DNA from: Macrostomum lignano
Taxonomy: Eukaryota
Direction of reading: 5' to 3'
Assembly (NCBI GenBank): GCA_002269645.1
Contig: NIVC01004321.1
Coordinates: 1 to 50,640 of the forward strand
DNA: 50,640 nt
The position numbers and the translations under genes are program-made. Shown here in pieces: positions 11,101 to 23,700 of this stretch. How positions within the stretch are numbered: position 1 is the first letter of the stretch; each line of letters starts with the position of its first letter. The notes beneath the pieces are model-generated. The model saw only the letters and a program-made list of their open reading frames with translations. It searched no databases and was not told the origin of the DNA.

Positions 11101-13045
11101 TGAGATTGGGGAAGTTTATGGGATTGGGGAAGTTTAGACATTGGGGAAGTTTATGGATTGGGGGAGTTTATGGGATTGGGGAAGTTTATGGGATTGGGGA
11201 AGTTTATACATTGGGGAAGTTTATGGGATTGGGGAAGTTTAGACATTAGGGAAGTTTATGGGATTGGGAAAGTTTATGGGATTGGGGAAGTTTATGGGAT
11301 TGGGGAAGTTTATACATTGGGGAAGTTTATGGGATTGGGGAAGTTTAGACATTGGGGAAGTTTATGGATTGGGGGAGTTTATGGGATTGGGGAAGTTTAT
11401 GGGATTGGGGAAGTTTAGAGATTGGGGAAGTTTATGGGATTGGGGAAGTTTATGGGATTGGGGAAGTTTAGAGATTGGGGAAGTTTAGACATTGGGGAAG
11501 TTTATGGGATTGGGGAAGTTTATGGGATTGGGAAGTTCATGGGATTGGGGAAGTTTAGACATTGGGGAAGTTTATGGGATTGGAGAAGTTTATGAGATTG
11601 GAGAAGCTTAGACATTAGGGAAGTTTATGGGATTGGGGAAGTTTATGGGATTGGGGAAGTTTATGGGATTGGGAAAGTTTATGGGATTGGGGAAGTTTAG
11701 ACATTGGGGAAGTTTATGGATTGGGGGAGTTTATGGGATTGGAGAAGTTTATGAGATTGGGGAAGTTTATGGGATTGGGGAAGTTTAGACATTGGGGAAG
11801 TTTATGGATTGGGGGAGTTTATGGGATTGGGGAAGTTTATGGGATTGGGGAAGTTTATACATTGGGGAAGTTTATGGGATTGGGGAAGTTTAGACATTAG
11901 GGAAGTTTATGGGATTGGGAAAGTTTATGGGATTGGGGAAGTTTATGGGATTGGGGAAGTTTAGAGATTGGGGAAGTTTATGGGATTGGGGAAGTTTAGA
12001 CATTGGGGAAGTTTATGGATTGGGGGAGTTTATGGGATTGGGGAAGTTTATGGGATTGGGGAAGTTTAGAGATTGGGGAAGTTTAGAGATTGGGGAAGTT
12101 TATGGGATTGGGGAAGTTTATGGGATTGGGGAAGTTTATGGGATTGGGGAAGTTTATGGGATTGGGGAAGTTTATGGGATTGGGGAAGTTTATGGGATTG
12201 GGGAAGTTTAGACATTGGGGAAGTTTATGGGATTGGGGAAGTTTATGGGATTGGAGAAGCTTAGACATTAGGGAAGTTTATGGGATTGGGGAAGTTTATG
12301 GGATTGGGGAAGTTTATGGGATTGGGGAAGTTTATGGGATTGGGGAAGTTTAGAGATTTGGGAAGTTTAGGGGGATGGGGAAGTTTAGGGGGTTGGGGAA
12401 GTTTATGGGATTGGGGAAGTTTAGAGATTGGGGAAGTTTAGACATTGGGGAAGTTTATGGATTGGGGGAGTTTATGGGATTGGGGAAGTTTATGGGATTG
12501 GGGAAGTTTAGAGATTGGGGAAGTTTATGGGATTGGGGAAGTTTATGGGATTGGGGAAGTTTATGGGATTGGGGAAGTTTATGGGATTGGGGAAGTTTAT
12601 GGGATTGGGGAAGTTTAGAGATTGGGGAAGTTTAGACATTGGGGAAGTTTATGGGATTGGGGAAGTTTATGGGATTGGGAAGTTTATGGGATTGGGGAAG
12701 TTTAGACATTGGGGAAGTTTATGGGATTGGGGAAGTTTATGGGATTGGAGAAGCTTAGACATTAGGGAAGTTTATGGGATTGGGGAAGTTTATGGGATTG
12801 GGGAAGTTCATGGGATTGGGGAAGTTTATGGGATTGGGGAAGTTTATGGGATTGGGGAAGTTTAGAGATTTGGGAAGTTTAGGGATGGGGAAGTTTAGGG
12901 GGTTGGGGAAGTTTAGGGGGTTGGGGAAGTTTATGGGATTGGGGAAGTTTATGGGATTGGGGAAGTTTAGAGATTTGGGAAGTTTATGGGATTGGGGAAG
13001 TTTATGGGATTGGGGAAGTTTATGGGATTGGGGAAGTTTAGGGAT
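8110..13045. repeat. About 4.9-kb G-rich minisatellite, 17-18-bp unit (gggattggggaagtttat and variants)
   Basis: Continuous tandem array with degenerate edges; source of all the GLGKF/WDWGSL ORFs. Confidence 0.97.
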
Positions 13046-13326
13046 TTTTTAACGATATGCGAAGGTTTGACTTGGTTTAAGGAGCAAAAATTCCGATTTA
13101 ATTGTCTAATAACTTGAAAATAGGATGGTCAAGTTGAACAAAATCATGGAATTAATCAGAGTTAACACTCTACTGACTTATATTTGGACCAAGAAAGAGT
13201 TCGGCACAAGAATTACAAAAGCGCACAAGTGGAAAACACAGTAAACTGAATAAATGACATTTTTGTTAAAATCTTCAACTCAAGCTCTGTTTTGGAACAT
13301 TTAATTCAAGTAGTATGCTTAGCGCA

Positions 13327-14283
13327 TAGGGTCGGCAAACCTCGGCCAGCGACTCTCTAACACTCTCCATCCGGTCCTCGGGTCCTTTAAAACTTCACAA
13401 TAGCAATCTGACTCTTCTCTCCCCTCTCATACCCTCTTCTCTTCTCCCCTCTCATACCCTCTTCTCTTCTCTCCCCTCTCATACCCTCTTCTCTTCTCTC
13501 CCCTCTCATACCCTCTTTCTCTTCTCTCCCCTCTCATACCCTCTTGTCTTCTCTCCCCTCTCATACCCTCTTCTCTTCTTCCCTCTCATACCCTCTTCTC
13601 TTCTCCCCTCTCATACCCTCTTCTCTTCTCTCCCCTCTCATACCCTCTTGTCTTCTCTCCCCTCTCATACCCTCTTCTCTTCTCTCCCCTCTCATACCCT
13701 CTTTCTCTTCTCTCCCCTCTCATACCCTCTTGTCTTCTCTCCCCTCTCATACCCTCTTCTATTCTTCCCTCTCATACCCTCTTCTCTTCTCCCCTCTCAT
13801 ACCCTCTTCTCTTCTCTCCCCTCTCATACCCTATTTCTCTTCTCTCCCCTCTCATACCCTCTTTCTCTTCTCTCCCCTCTCATACCCTCTTTCTCTTCTC
13901 TCCCCTCTCATACCCTCTTTCTCTTCTCTCCCCTCTCATACCCTCTTTCTCTTCTCTCCCCTCTCATACCCTCTTTCTCTTCTCTCCCCTCTCATACCCT
14001 CTTTCTCTTCTCTCCCCTCTCATACCCTCTTTCTCTTCTCTCCCCTCTCATACCCTCTTTCTCTTCTCTCTCCTCTCATACCCTCTTCTCTTCTCTCCCT
14101 CCTCTCTCTCCTCTCCTCTCTTCTCTCCCATCCTTCCTCTCCCTTTTACTCTGCCTCATCTGCTCCCCTCTTAGATCTTTTCTTATCTCATCTCACGTCT
14201 CCCCTCTCCTCTCTCATCTGGCCCGCAGCCATAAGTTGCGTTCTGTTTCTGGCCACTTGAGGTAAAAAAGTTTGCCGACCTCA
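13327..14283. mobile_element. Degenerate hAT-type MITE whose interior is a CT-rich minisatellite (about 13415-14075)
   Basis: Imperfect TIR tagggtcggcaaac / gtttgccgacctca resembling CAGGGGTCGGCAAAC-type hAT ends; no TSD recognisable. Confidence 0.55.
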
Positions 14284-14749
14284 GGCTCGGCGCGGTGCAC
14301 CAATCAGTATTTTTACGATCATGAAAACGCAATCTTAAATACTTACTGACTAGTAGAGCATAGTGGATATAAAATTTCGTATAGAGAATGGCGTGACCAG
14401 TTATTTATGGGTCTACAATTTTTAAAAGCTCTAGAACAAGACTCTGTAAAGAAACAACACGAACCGATATGTATCGAGAATAACTTTACGGACGGGGAAT
14501 GTTCGCACAGATTGGAGCGGTCCACAATGTCGAGATTACAAAAAACAAGGGAAAAAGATAACTAGATAGATTGGGGATATGACTAGATATGACTAGATAG
14601 TTCAGCATAAACCTTTTTTATTTTAATAAAAAATCTCAACGATAAAAGCTATCCATATAATTGAGACAATTGGACAACATTATATTATACAGTAAGCAAC
14701 TGGCAAGCTACTTAAAGTAGTAGGAATATAATAGGAGTGATTGGCGCCA

Positions 14750-17700
14750 TTAGTAGAGACCGCAGCGGCGCAAGTTATTGGCAATGACCACATCCGTGAC
14801 CGAGTCGAACACGAACTCAATGTTGCCTGTGTCAGTGGCGCAGGTCTGGTGGCAATACACTTCCTTGTTAATGGATTTGTTCTTGGCGTCAAACTGGGCC
14901 TGGATATAGGCGGCAGCCTCGTTGTACTCTTGATTGCCTGCAATAGCCGATATGTATCGATAATATAAAAAACTACAGCCTGTTCCTGCCGATATGTATC
15001 GATAAAATAAGAAAGCTAGTTTATTCTTGCCGATATGTATCGATAAAATAAAAAAGCTAGTTTGTTCTTGCCAATATGTATCGATAAAATAAAAAAGCAA
15101 GTTTGTTCTTGCCGATATGCATCAATAAAATAAAAAACTACAGCCTGTTCCTGCCGATATGTATCGATAAAATAAGAAAGCTAGTTTATTCTTGCCGATA
15201 TGTATCGATAAAATAAAAAAGCTAGTTTGTTCTTGCCGATATGTATCGATAAATAAAAAAGCTAGTTTGTTCTTGCCGATATGTATCTAAATAGGAAAAC
15301 TGCATTAGCCGATATGTATCGAAAAACAGGAATACTAATGACGCAAAGACCCACCAGTATACTCGGGGAAGCAGATATTAATCGGAGAGCGAACAATTTT
15401 AGCTGCAAATAGGTCCTTCTTGTTTAGAAATAGAATGATGGAGGTTCGTACGAACCACTTGTTGTTGCAGATGCTGTCGAAAAGTTTCAGCGACTCTTGC
15501 ATACGATTCTGCCAAAGTAATTTTAGGTAGGGGAAGGTTAATATAGAAATTTGTAGAGTGTTGGCTACTGTAGTAAGTGCCCGACCCGGATGCACTCACG
15601 GTGGATTCGTCCTCGTGCAGCAGCTGGTCGTACTCGCTCATGGCCACGCAGAAAATGATGGCGGTGACTTCCTCGAAGCAGTGCATCCACTTTTTGCGCT
15701 CCGAACGCTGACCGCCAACGTCGAAAAGTCTGGAATTTTTTAAAAATTCAACAGAGTAAAAACATATGCGACTAAACTACTAGTTACGTAAAACATTAGT
15801 AGTAAAAAGCATTAATTTGTAAATTACATAACAAGCTTATAGTATAGACTCGAAAAAATGGCCTATAAGGTCCAGAGTTAGATCATTCGACGAGGCTAAA
15901 ATAATTTGTATCTTAAAATATACCTGCTTAGGTTCAGATAAATTGTATGCCTTGTTGCCTTCCCACTGGCTTCCGGTCGACATGCCAGGTTTATTTGTTT
16001 CCTATTTGCTAAGATTTTTTACTCTCGTCAGCAAAAAATGTTTTTATTAGAATACATAGTCTTATTTTTAAGTCGAAAAATGCGCCGATTTACTGTTTTC
16101 AGTAGCAAGATTAGCGTTTTTTGCGTTTATAATACTAAAATGAAAAATGAAAATATTAAAATTAAAGTTTTCAAGTCGCGAAAATTGCCTTTTTCTATAT
16201 ACAGCATGGTTAGCCTGTTTTACCGACTTTAGGAAAAGAAAATAATTTGAGACGGAAGCTTCAGCCCCCAGCCAGGCCGATAAACAGTTTTTGGCTTTCC
16301 ACTGGCCCGCTTGTGTATAACTTTAACCTCTGTCCTTACTGCTCTCTCATTGGCTGAGCTAGATTGGGCCTGCCCCCTAGGCTGAGTTTCGTCTGTCTGA
16401 CTTTGACCTCTCTCCTTGCTGCTCTCTCATTGGCTGAGCTAGATTGGGCCTGCCCCCTAGGCTGAGTTTCGTCTGTCTGACTTTGACCTCTCTCCTTACT
16501 GCTCTCTCATTGGCTGAGCCAGATTAGGCCTGCCCCCTACTATGAGTCTTGTCCGTCTTGTGTTCACTTGCGTACATTGAGTTAAATTCTTGGTGTTATT
16601 TCTTAACCCCAATATGCTCCTGAGGCCGCAAGCCCCGAGGAAGGGAAATTTTAGTGCCACATTGAAATTAAGTGACACTGCGCAGACAAACTACTGAAAC
16701 AGAGTAGACGCTCTACTTTTTCACGACTTTATTAGCAAGTGACATATCTGATTACTCCACTCGTAGTATCTGTGGTTCAGACCGGACAGTAATCTATGGA
16801 CAGGCGGTTTCCATAAAAGCATTCGTCAATCCTGAGCAGTCGCGTTCACTCACTTGAAGTTGACATTTTTAAACGTAAAATGAATCTCCACAATGCCTGT
16901 GGTTTTCACTCTAGTCCGCAGTATGTCTTGTTCATTGGGCGCAAAACCGGGACTGCCAATTCGGTCAAGGTCGTCTAAAAAATACTTGGCCGAATCGTTT
17001 AACTGGTACTCGTTGGACCGTTGGAAGCAGCTTTGAACACCGCCGTCGGCCCAGAGGCGTTTCATAGCCACCAGGAGCTGCGGGCTGAACGGCTGGGCGT
17101 CCGCCATACGGCCGATTACGTCAAAGACGATCTGAGCATCAGCCTAGGGAGAGGGAGAGGGCACGGCAACGAAGGTTCAGTCCTAGGGCTAAAATTTGCT
17201 CCTATTTTTAGGTAGACTTATAGGCGCCATATTTGGTGCAAGGATTGGCGCCATATTGGGTGTCAAGATTAGCGCCATATTGGGTGTCAGGATTAGCACC
17301 ATATTGGGTGTAAGGATTGTGCCATATTGGGTGTCAGGATTGGCGCCATATTGGGTGTAAGGATTAGCGCCATATTGGGTGTCGGGATTGGCGCCATATT
17401 GGGTGTCGGGATTGGCGCCATATTGGGTGTCGGGATTGGCGCCATATTGGATGTCGGGATTGGCGCCATATTGGGTGTCGGGATTGGCGCCATATTGGGT
17501 GTCAGAATTGGCGCCATATTGGGTGTCGGGATTGGCGCCATATTGCGTGTCAGGATTGGCGCCATATTGAGTGTCAGGATTGGCGCCATATTGGGTGTCA
17601 GGATTGGCGCCATATTGGGTGTAAGGATTGGCGCCATATTGGGTGTCAGTTCATCAAATTTGGTTTGTTTGTAAATGCGCCCTGGAACCTTCTAATAAGT

Positions 17701-20700
17701 AGTTAATATGGCTAGTCAGCAAAGTGTTTAAATACCAAAGCATAGGTTAAAACCCATAAATCTCAAATTAAAAAAACTCAAAAACCAAAAAGATTTATGA
17801 AAGATAAGGTAGCCAGTCGCAGGAGGCAAATAATATTCAGCAAATACACACGAATCTTATCAAGAGTTATTATCGCGAATTCTGCCGCTGAAAGAAAAAC
17901 TGCCAGTTCGTTGGACTGCTAACATTTTAATGTAAGCTGGAAGCGTGAGGATTGAGGAATAATATAGGCATATAAGTAGCAACTGGGAATCTACGAGGCT
18001 GGCAAAGCAGCTGAGGATCTGGGAGGCTGGGCCAGCAACTGACACTCTGGGAGGGTGGCCCAGCAACTGACACTCTGGGAGGGTGGCCCAGCAACTGACA
18101 CTCTGGGAGGGTGGCCCAGCAACTGACACTCTGGGAGGGTGGCCCAGCAACTGAGGATCTGGAAGGCTGGCCCAGCAACTGGGGATCCTGGGAGGCTGGC
18201 CCAGCAGCTGAGGATCTGGGAGGCTGGCCCAGCAACTGTGGATCTGGGAGGCTGGCCTAGCAACTGGGGATCTGGGAGGCTGGCCCAGCAACTGTGGATC
18301 TGGGAGGCTGGTCCAGTAGCTGAGGATCTGGGAGGCTGGTCCAGTAGCTGAGGATCTGGGAGGCTGGCCTAGCAACTGGGGATCTGGGAGGCTGGCCCAG
18401 CAGCTGAGGATCTGGGAGGCTGGCCTAGCAACTGAGGATCTGGGAGGCTGGCCTAGCAACTGGGGATCTGGGAGGCTGGCCCAGCAGCTGAGGATCTGGG
18501 AGGCTGACCTAGCAACTGGGGATCTGGGAGGCTGGCCAAGCAACTGAGGATCTGGGAGGCTGGCCTAGCAACTGAGGATCTGGGAGGCTGGCCTAGCAAC
18601 TGGGGATCTGGGAGGCTGGCCTGGCAACTGGGGATCTGGGAGGCTGGCCTAGCAACTGGGGATCTGGGAGGCTGGCCTAGCAACTGGGGATCTGGGAGGC
18701 TGGCCCAGCAACTGGGGATCTGGGAGGCTGGCCTAGCAACTGAGGATCTGGGAGGGCAGCACAGAACTGGGGATCTGGGAGGCTGTCCTAGCAACTGGGG
18801 ATCTGGAAAAGCGGCAGTACTTCAACAGAGACCGCAGCAAACACCCACAGCACGCGACAGCGCACTCACCAGCCTATCCTGGTCAGAGTAGTCTATAGCC
18901 AGGGTGCTCATAGCGCGCAGGATGGCCACCAGGGACTGGATGGTATTGCTGTAGACGATCGGGCGAAACAGCCGGTTATCCTCGGCCGTGAAGCCGCCCT
19001 CGTGAATAATTCTGGCATTCCGGCAGTTGGTAATTATTTTTTAAATATCATAAACTCATCTTATAATTTTCTTTTGAAGACGAATTAAGTTTAGAAGAGA
19101 AAATTTGTTTCCTAGAATATCTTAAAAACTGGCTTTTTGGATGACTGACTCGATTTTTGGATGGTGTTTACTGTTTGACTGCTTAACCATTTTTTTTACA
19201 GTACACATGCAACTTTTTAGGGCATGCAGCAATGGACTGTCAACAAAAGCTGGCTAAAGTAAAGAAGGAACGAAATAGCAAAATACTTGGTCAACTGAGG
19301 TAAATTTTTTACATAAATGCATTTTTGAACATAAATGAAGAAAGATTATTGAAGAAATTTAAAGACTATTAAAGACTTCTTTTCTAAGATTTTTAAGAAG
19401 CAAAGTTTGCCGTTCTACTAAGTCCCACCTTGGGTCCCAATTATTCAAAGTGCACAATGATCTGAAGTTTTGTTCGAGCAAGAAAGCCGACCAACAAATA
19501 GCAAAACCGCGAACTCACTTCATCTGTTTAATAATGGTGCTCTTGCCAGACTCGCCAGCACCTGGAAAAATATTTTTAAAAATTCTCTCGGTAAAATGTT
19601 TACATGGTATATAAATAGAAGTCAAAATTCTCATTTCCATCTTAGTATCGCTTATAAGATCAAGCCATTAGCAAAGGTGCTAATTACTGATAGATATCAG
19701 AAAAGCAGTAATTAATCGGAGCCTTTCTCATTTAAGCTCTTCCAGCCGGCCACCCCTATTGAACAATTTGCAGTACCTGGAGGAATCAGGTTGACGCATG
19801 CCATGGTATTATTATAAAACTCTAAACTGCTCAAACAAGGTTAGGATGGAAACAGGGAACTCCTTTAAAAACAAACAAATTGGAGTACATTCCGTCCTTT
19901 TTATCAAACAATCATTTAAAATGTTTTTTCCTTTGTATTTTAGTGACAATATAATATCAGTAATCATAGTGATCAATATTAATTTATCGTTTGCTTGCTT
20001 TTCAGCGGATGCAATTTGTCTTATGAACAAAGCTTTATTGACTTGACTTAGCTGCAGGGCTGTCCCGGAGGGGACACAGCGGGAAGGCGCGGGCGCCCAT
20101 TCCGCTAGTCCCTGAACGGCCGACGCGTCGCTATGGACGGAGGGTTGGCGCCGCCCAGGGAGGTCCCCCAGTGTCGCCAGCAGCTATGGTGCTCTCTGGA
20201 AAGGAGAGTTCAGCCCTGCGGGTGGCCCGAAGGTAGCGCATGAGCTGATTAAAGTTTTCGGGTTTGCACGCTTCAGTAATAGATGTGTGTGGCCCGAGGT
20301 AAGTGAGTCTGGCCCGCGTGAAGGCGGGACAGATGCTGACGAAATGCTCAGCGGTTTCGTCACCTGAGTTGCAGAAACTACAGGTGGCGTTGGTGGCGTT
20401 GCCCTGCAGGTACTGGTGCCTGGAGAAGCAGCCACAAAGCTTTATTAGTTTCGGTGCTTTTTGCGGTTTAACCATCACAAAACTGACTGACATGTTTTCG
20501 CAAGTTTTTATAAGTCGTCAGCGTACACGTCTCGGCGTTGTAGAGCAGGACAGTTTCGACCACCGCCTGCCACAGCCGAGCCCTCTGGCGGTCGGGCAGC
20601 GCTTCGGATTGCTACGCTGACGGCTACGCTAGAGCGGCAGCTGGACTCGGCGCACTCGGGGCTGCTCCGTGCGGCCTTTCGAGCTGACGAGAGCGTCGGG

Positions 20701-23700
20701 ACCGAGGCCCTGTTCGATCGGGCCAAGCTGCAGCGCCCGTCCACCATCCTGCGCTGGCGGCGACTACAACTGGCGGGCCACGTGATCCGGCCGGGCCGAG
20801 GGCTACTGCCCCCAACCTGTTCAGGACGTCCTACTGCTCACCTTGCAGGGCCCGTTCAGGCGGGGTCAGTCCCGAACCCATCCATACGTGGACTGCCTGG
20901 TGTGCGACGCTGGGGCGCCCGACACTGTCAACGGAGCGGACTTTGTTCGCTACCAGGCTCTGCGGCGCGCCATCTTACGCGCCCTGCTCTAACTGTGACT
21001 TTGCATGCGGGGTCTATTTGGCTCAAAGCATCTGAGCAACCCTTATGAGCTACAGCATTTCAGCAATTTTTCCTCGTAAGCCTCCATCTCAACATTAAAA
21101 ATTTCAGCAATTCCTAATGAGGATTGAGCCACAGAATTTCTTTAACTCCCCCGTGAGCCTTGGTATCCTAACGCCTGCAATGTAACGATATATACATATC
21201 CTTTTCGGCAGCAATTGCGTAAGCTGAAGCCGCGTAGCGTACCGTATGTATAGACTTATTGTCACTATCGCTTAGCATACTCGACTAGAAGCATTGTTTA
21301 ACGCTGAAGCGTTGTTTAACGCCGATTGTTTAACGATGTCTCAGCGAATCAAAAACGTCCTAGACTGCGCAGGTTTTGGCCATAGACATCGACAACGACA
21401 TCGACACTGCCATAGGAAGCGCTATGGAGCGATTCCAACTGTACCATAGACTATCGAGTGAATATAGAGTAGAGAAATGCAGGGGACTGTGGCTTGATAT
21501 AAGCTTGCTTGCTTTAACATTAACCACTAAAATGCATTTAATAAATTGGAAAAATCTGCCTACTACGCCACTCGTGATTTTGCTTATTGTGTACCTCTAG
21601 TACCGTATGTATAATCTCCCATTGCTGAGATGCTACATTACTCATTGCTGAGATGTGTAGTGACCTTGTACTAAACCTGTGCAAAACTTTCAGACCATTC
21701 ATGCAGTAAACATTTCATTCTAGAAGTTTCCTCGCTATACCGTATATGATTCTAAATATAGTAACCTGAATTCCCGCGCGAACTCTTTCTAGAAAACTCC
21801 CTCTTCCAGAATGTTCCATGAGAAAGCTATAAATATAAAGCACCCGCAATCAAACGGTTGCAGTTTCTTCGACCTATCTTACGAACCTATCTTATTAGCA
21901 ATAATATTAAGAACCACCGCCTTTACGCCTTATTCATTTAAATCCCTACAGATGCTACATTCCTCATTGCTGAGATGCTACATTCCTCGTTGCTGAGATG
22001 CTACATTCCTCATTGCTGAGATGCTACATTCCTCATTGCTGAGATGCTACATTCATCATTGCTGAGATGCTACATTCATCATTGCTGAGATGCTACATTC
22101 ATCATTGCTGAGATGCTACATTCATCATTGCTGAGATGCTACATTCATCATTGCTGAGATGCTACATTCCTCATTGCTGAGATGCTACATTCATCATTGC
22201 TGAGATGCTACATTCATCATTGCTGAGATGCTACATTCATCATTGCTGAGATGCTACATTCATCATTGCTGAGATGCTACATTCCTCATTGCTGAGATGC
22301 TACATTCATCATTGCTGAGATGCTACATTCATCATTGCTGAGATGCTACATTCATCATTGCTGAGATGCTACATTCATCATTGCTGAGATGCTACATTCC
22401 TCATTGCTGAGATGCTACATTCCTCATTGCTGAGATAATACATTCCTCATTGCTGAGAGTGAGATGCTACTGGCAAGGTTCCGCCAGTTCCTCAATGAGA
22501 AGGGACTCTGCCAGGAGTTTGAGCGTGTACCGGATCGATTCCTGAACGATTATCTGAGGCTTTTCTATTCGTCTCTTCGTAAGCAGGATGGAACATACTA
22601 CACGCCGAAGTCCCTCATCTGTTTTCGTGCGGCAATTTAACGGCACCTGGAATACCTGTCCATTAATCACCAGGTGAAAAAGTAAAGTAAGACCGCTCAG
22701 TTATTCGCTTTGTCCTTACAAACTTATTTGTGACAGTGAAACAAAACTACTTCGTTATTTTTGTTGTTGTTCGTCGTTGACATGTTTCGATTCTTTTCCA
22801 TAGCCAAATTAATCCGATAATTTTCCGGCAACAATCTAAAACAGTCGGCAAACAATCGAATTTTTACCGAAAGGCTTACTGCCGAAAAACATAGTCAATA
22901 GGGTACAATAACGACAGACAGATTCTTTCACGGAGCAATTGCTTTGTGGGCTTCAGCTTACGCAATTGCTGCCGACAAAATCTGTATATATCGTTACATG
23001 TGGTCTATTCGTTTATAATCCTTAGCTTATCGTAAATTCTCAAGTCTCAACGTCTTTAGTTGCTTGCGTTATGTTTGAAAGTTATTCAGCCCTATCTAAC
23101 ATTATTATGACACGCAGTAGCAGTGCGGCAGACTAAGACTGAATGGCACAGAGCAGCAACAGGTGAGCAAGCAGAGTTAAGAGGAAAGAAGCAGCGATAA
23201 GGCAACACCTAAAATTGTGATCAGGAAGATCTATAGATGTCGCGGTCAGATTGATTTATTGTTAAGATTTTAGTCAGTTTTTTGTTTAGCTACTCAAAAA
23301 TTTCTAGCCCTCTCTCTCATTTAGCTTCACGATCTCAAATTCATCAATAATAAAATTTTCCTGCACCTAATCACAATTATATTGATGTGGCTTCTTAAGT
23401 AAAAGAGAAATAAAAGCGAGCGATGCAAATACGGGCGCGTTGCAAATTGAATAAGACAAAGGAGAGCTATAGATTAATTAAAGGCAGTCAAGAAATGGTG
23501 GATCTGCGTCTTTATTAGTTGGATAAATCAATTCATTTTTCTAAAGCTGGCACTTCTCACCTAATTTACAAGCCAAGCAAGAGCTGAAGACTACCTATGA
23601 CTCTAGACCTGCTGTGCCCACTGGGTCCGCAACTGCATAGCTACAAGCAATCTTTTTTCTTTAACTTGAAAAATTCAGATTTATTGGTGATTTAGTTTAT

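Larger units (their letters stand above)
21180..22999. mobile_element. TIR-bounded non-autonomous element with a Crypton-like tyrosine-recombinase fragment
   Basis: About 51-bp imperfect inverted repeats (17 identical + 8-9 divergent + 26 identical bases) at 21180-21231 and 22949-22999; no TSD seen. Confidence 0.7.

Noticed and set aside
8284-13052. Dozens of GLGKF/WDWGSL/IGEVY ORFs
   Set aside because: Translations of the 17-18-bp minisatellite; all frames are similarly open
13050-14750. Alternative terminal exons as in mammalian GNAO1 isoforms A/B
   Set aside because: No second copy of the last two exons seen downstream
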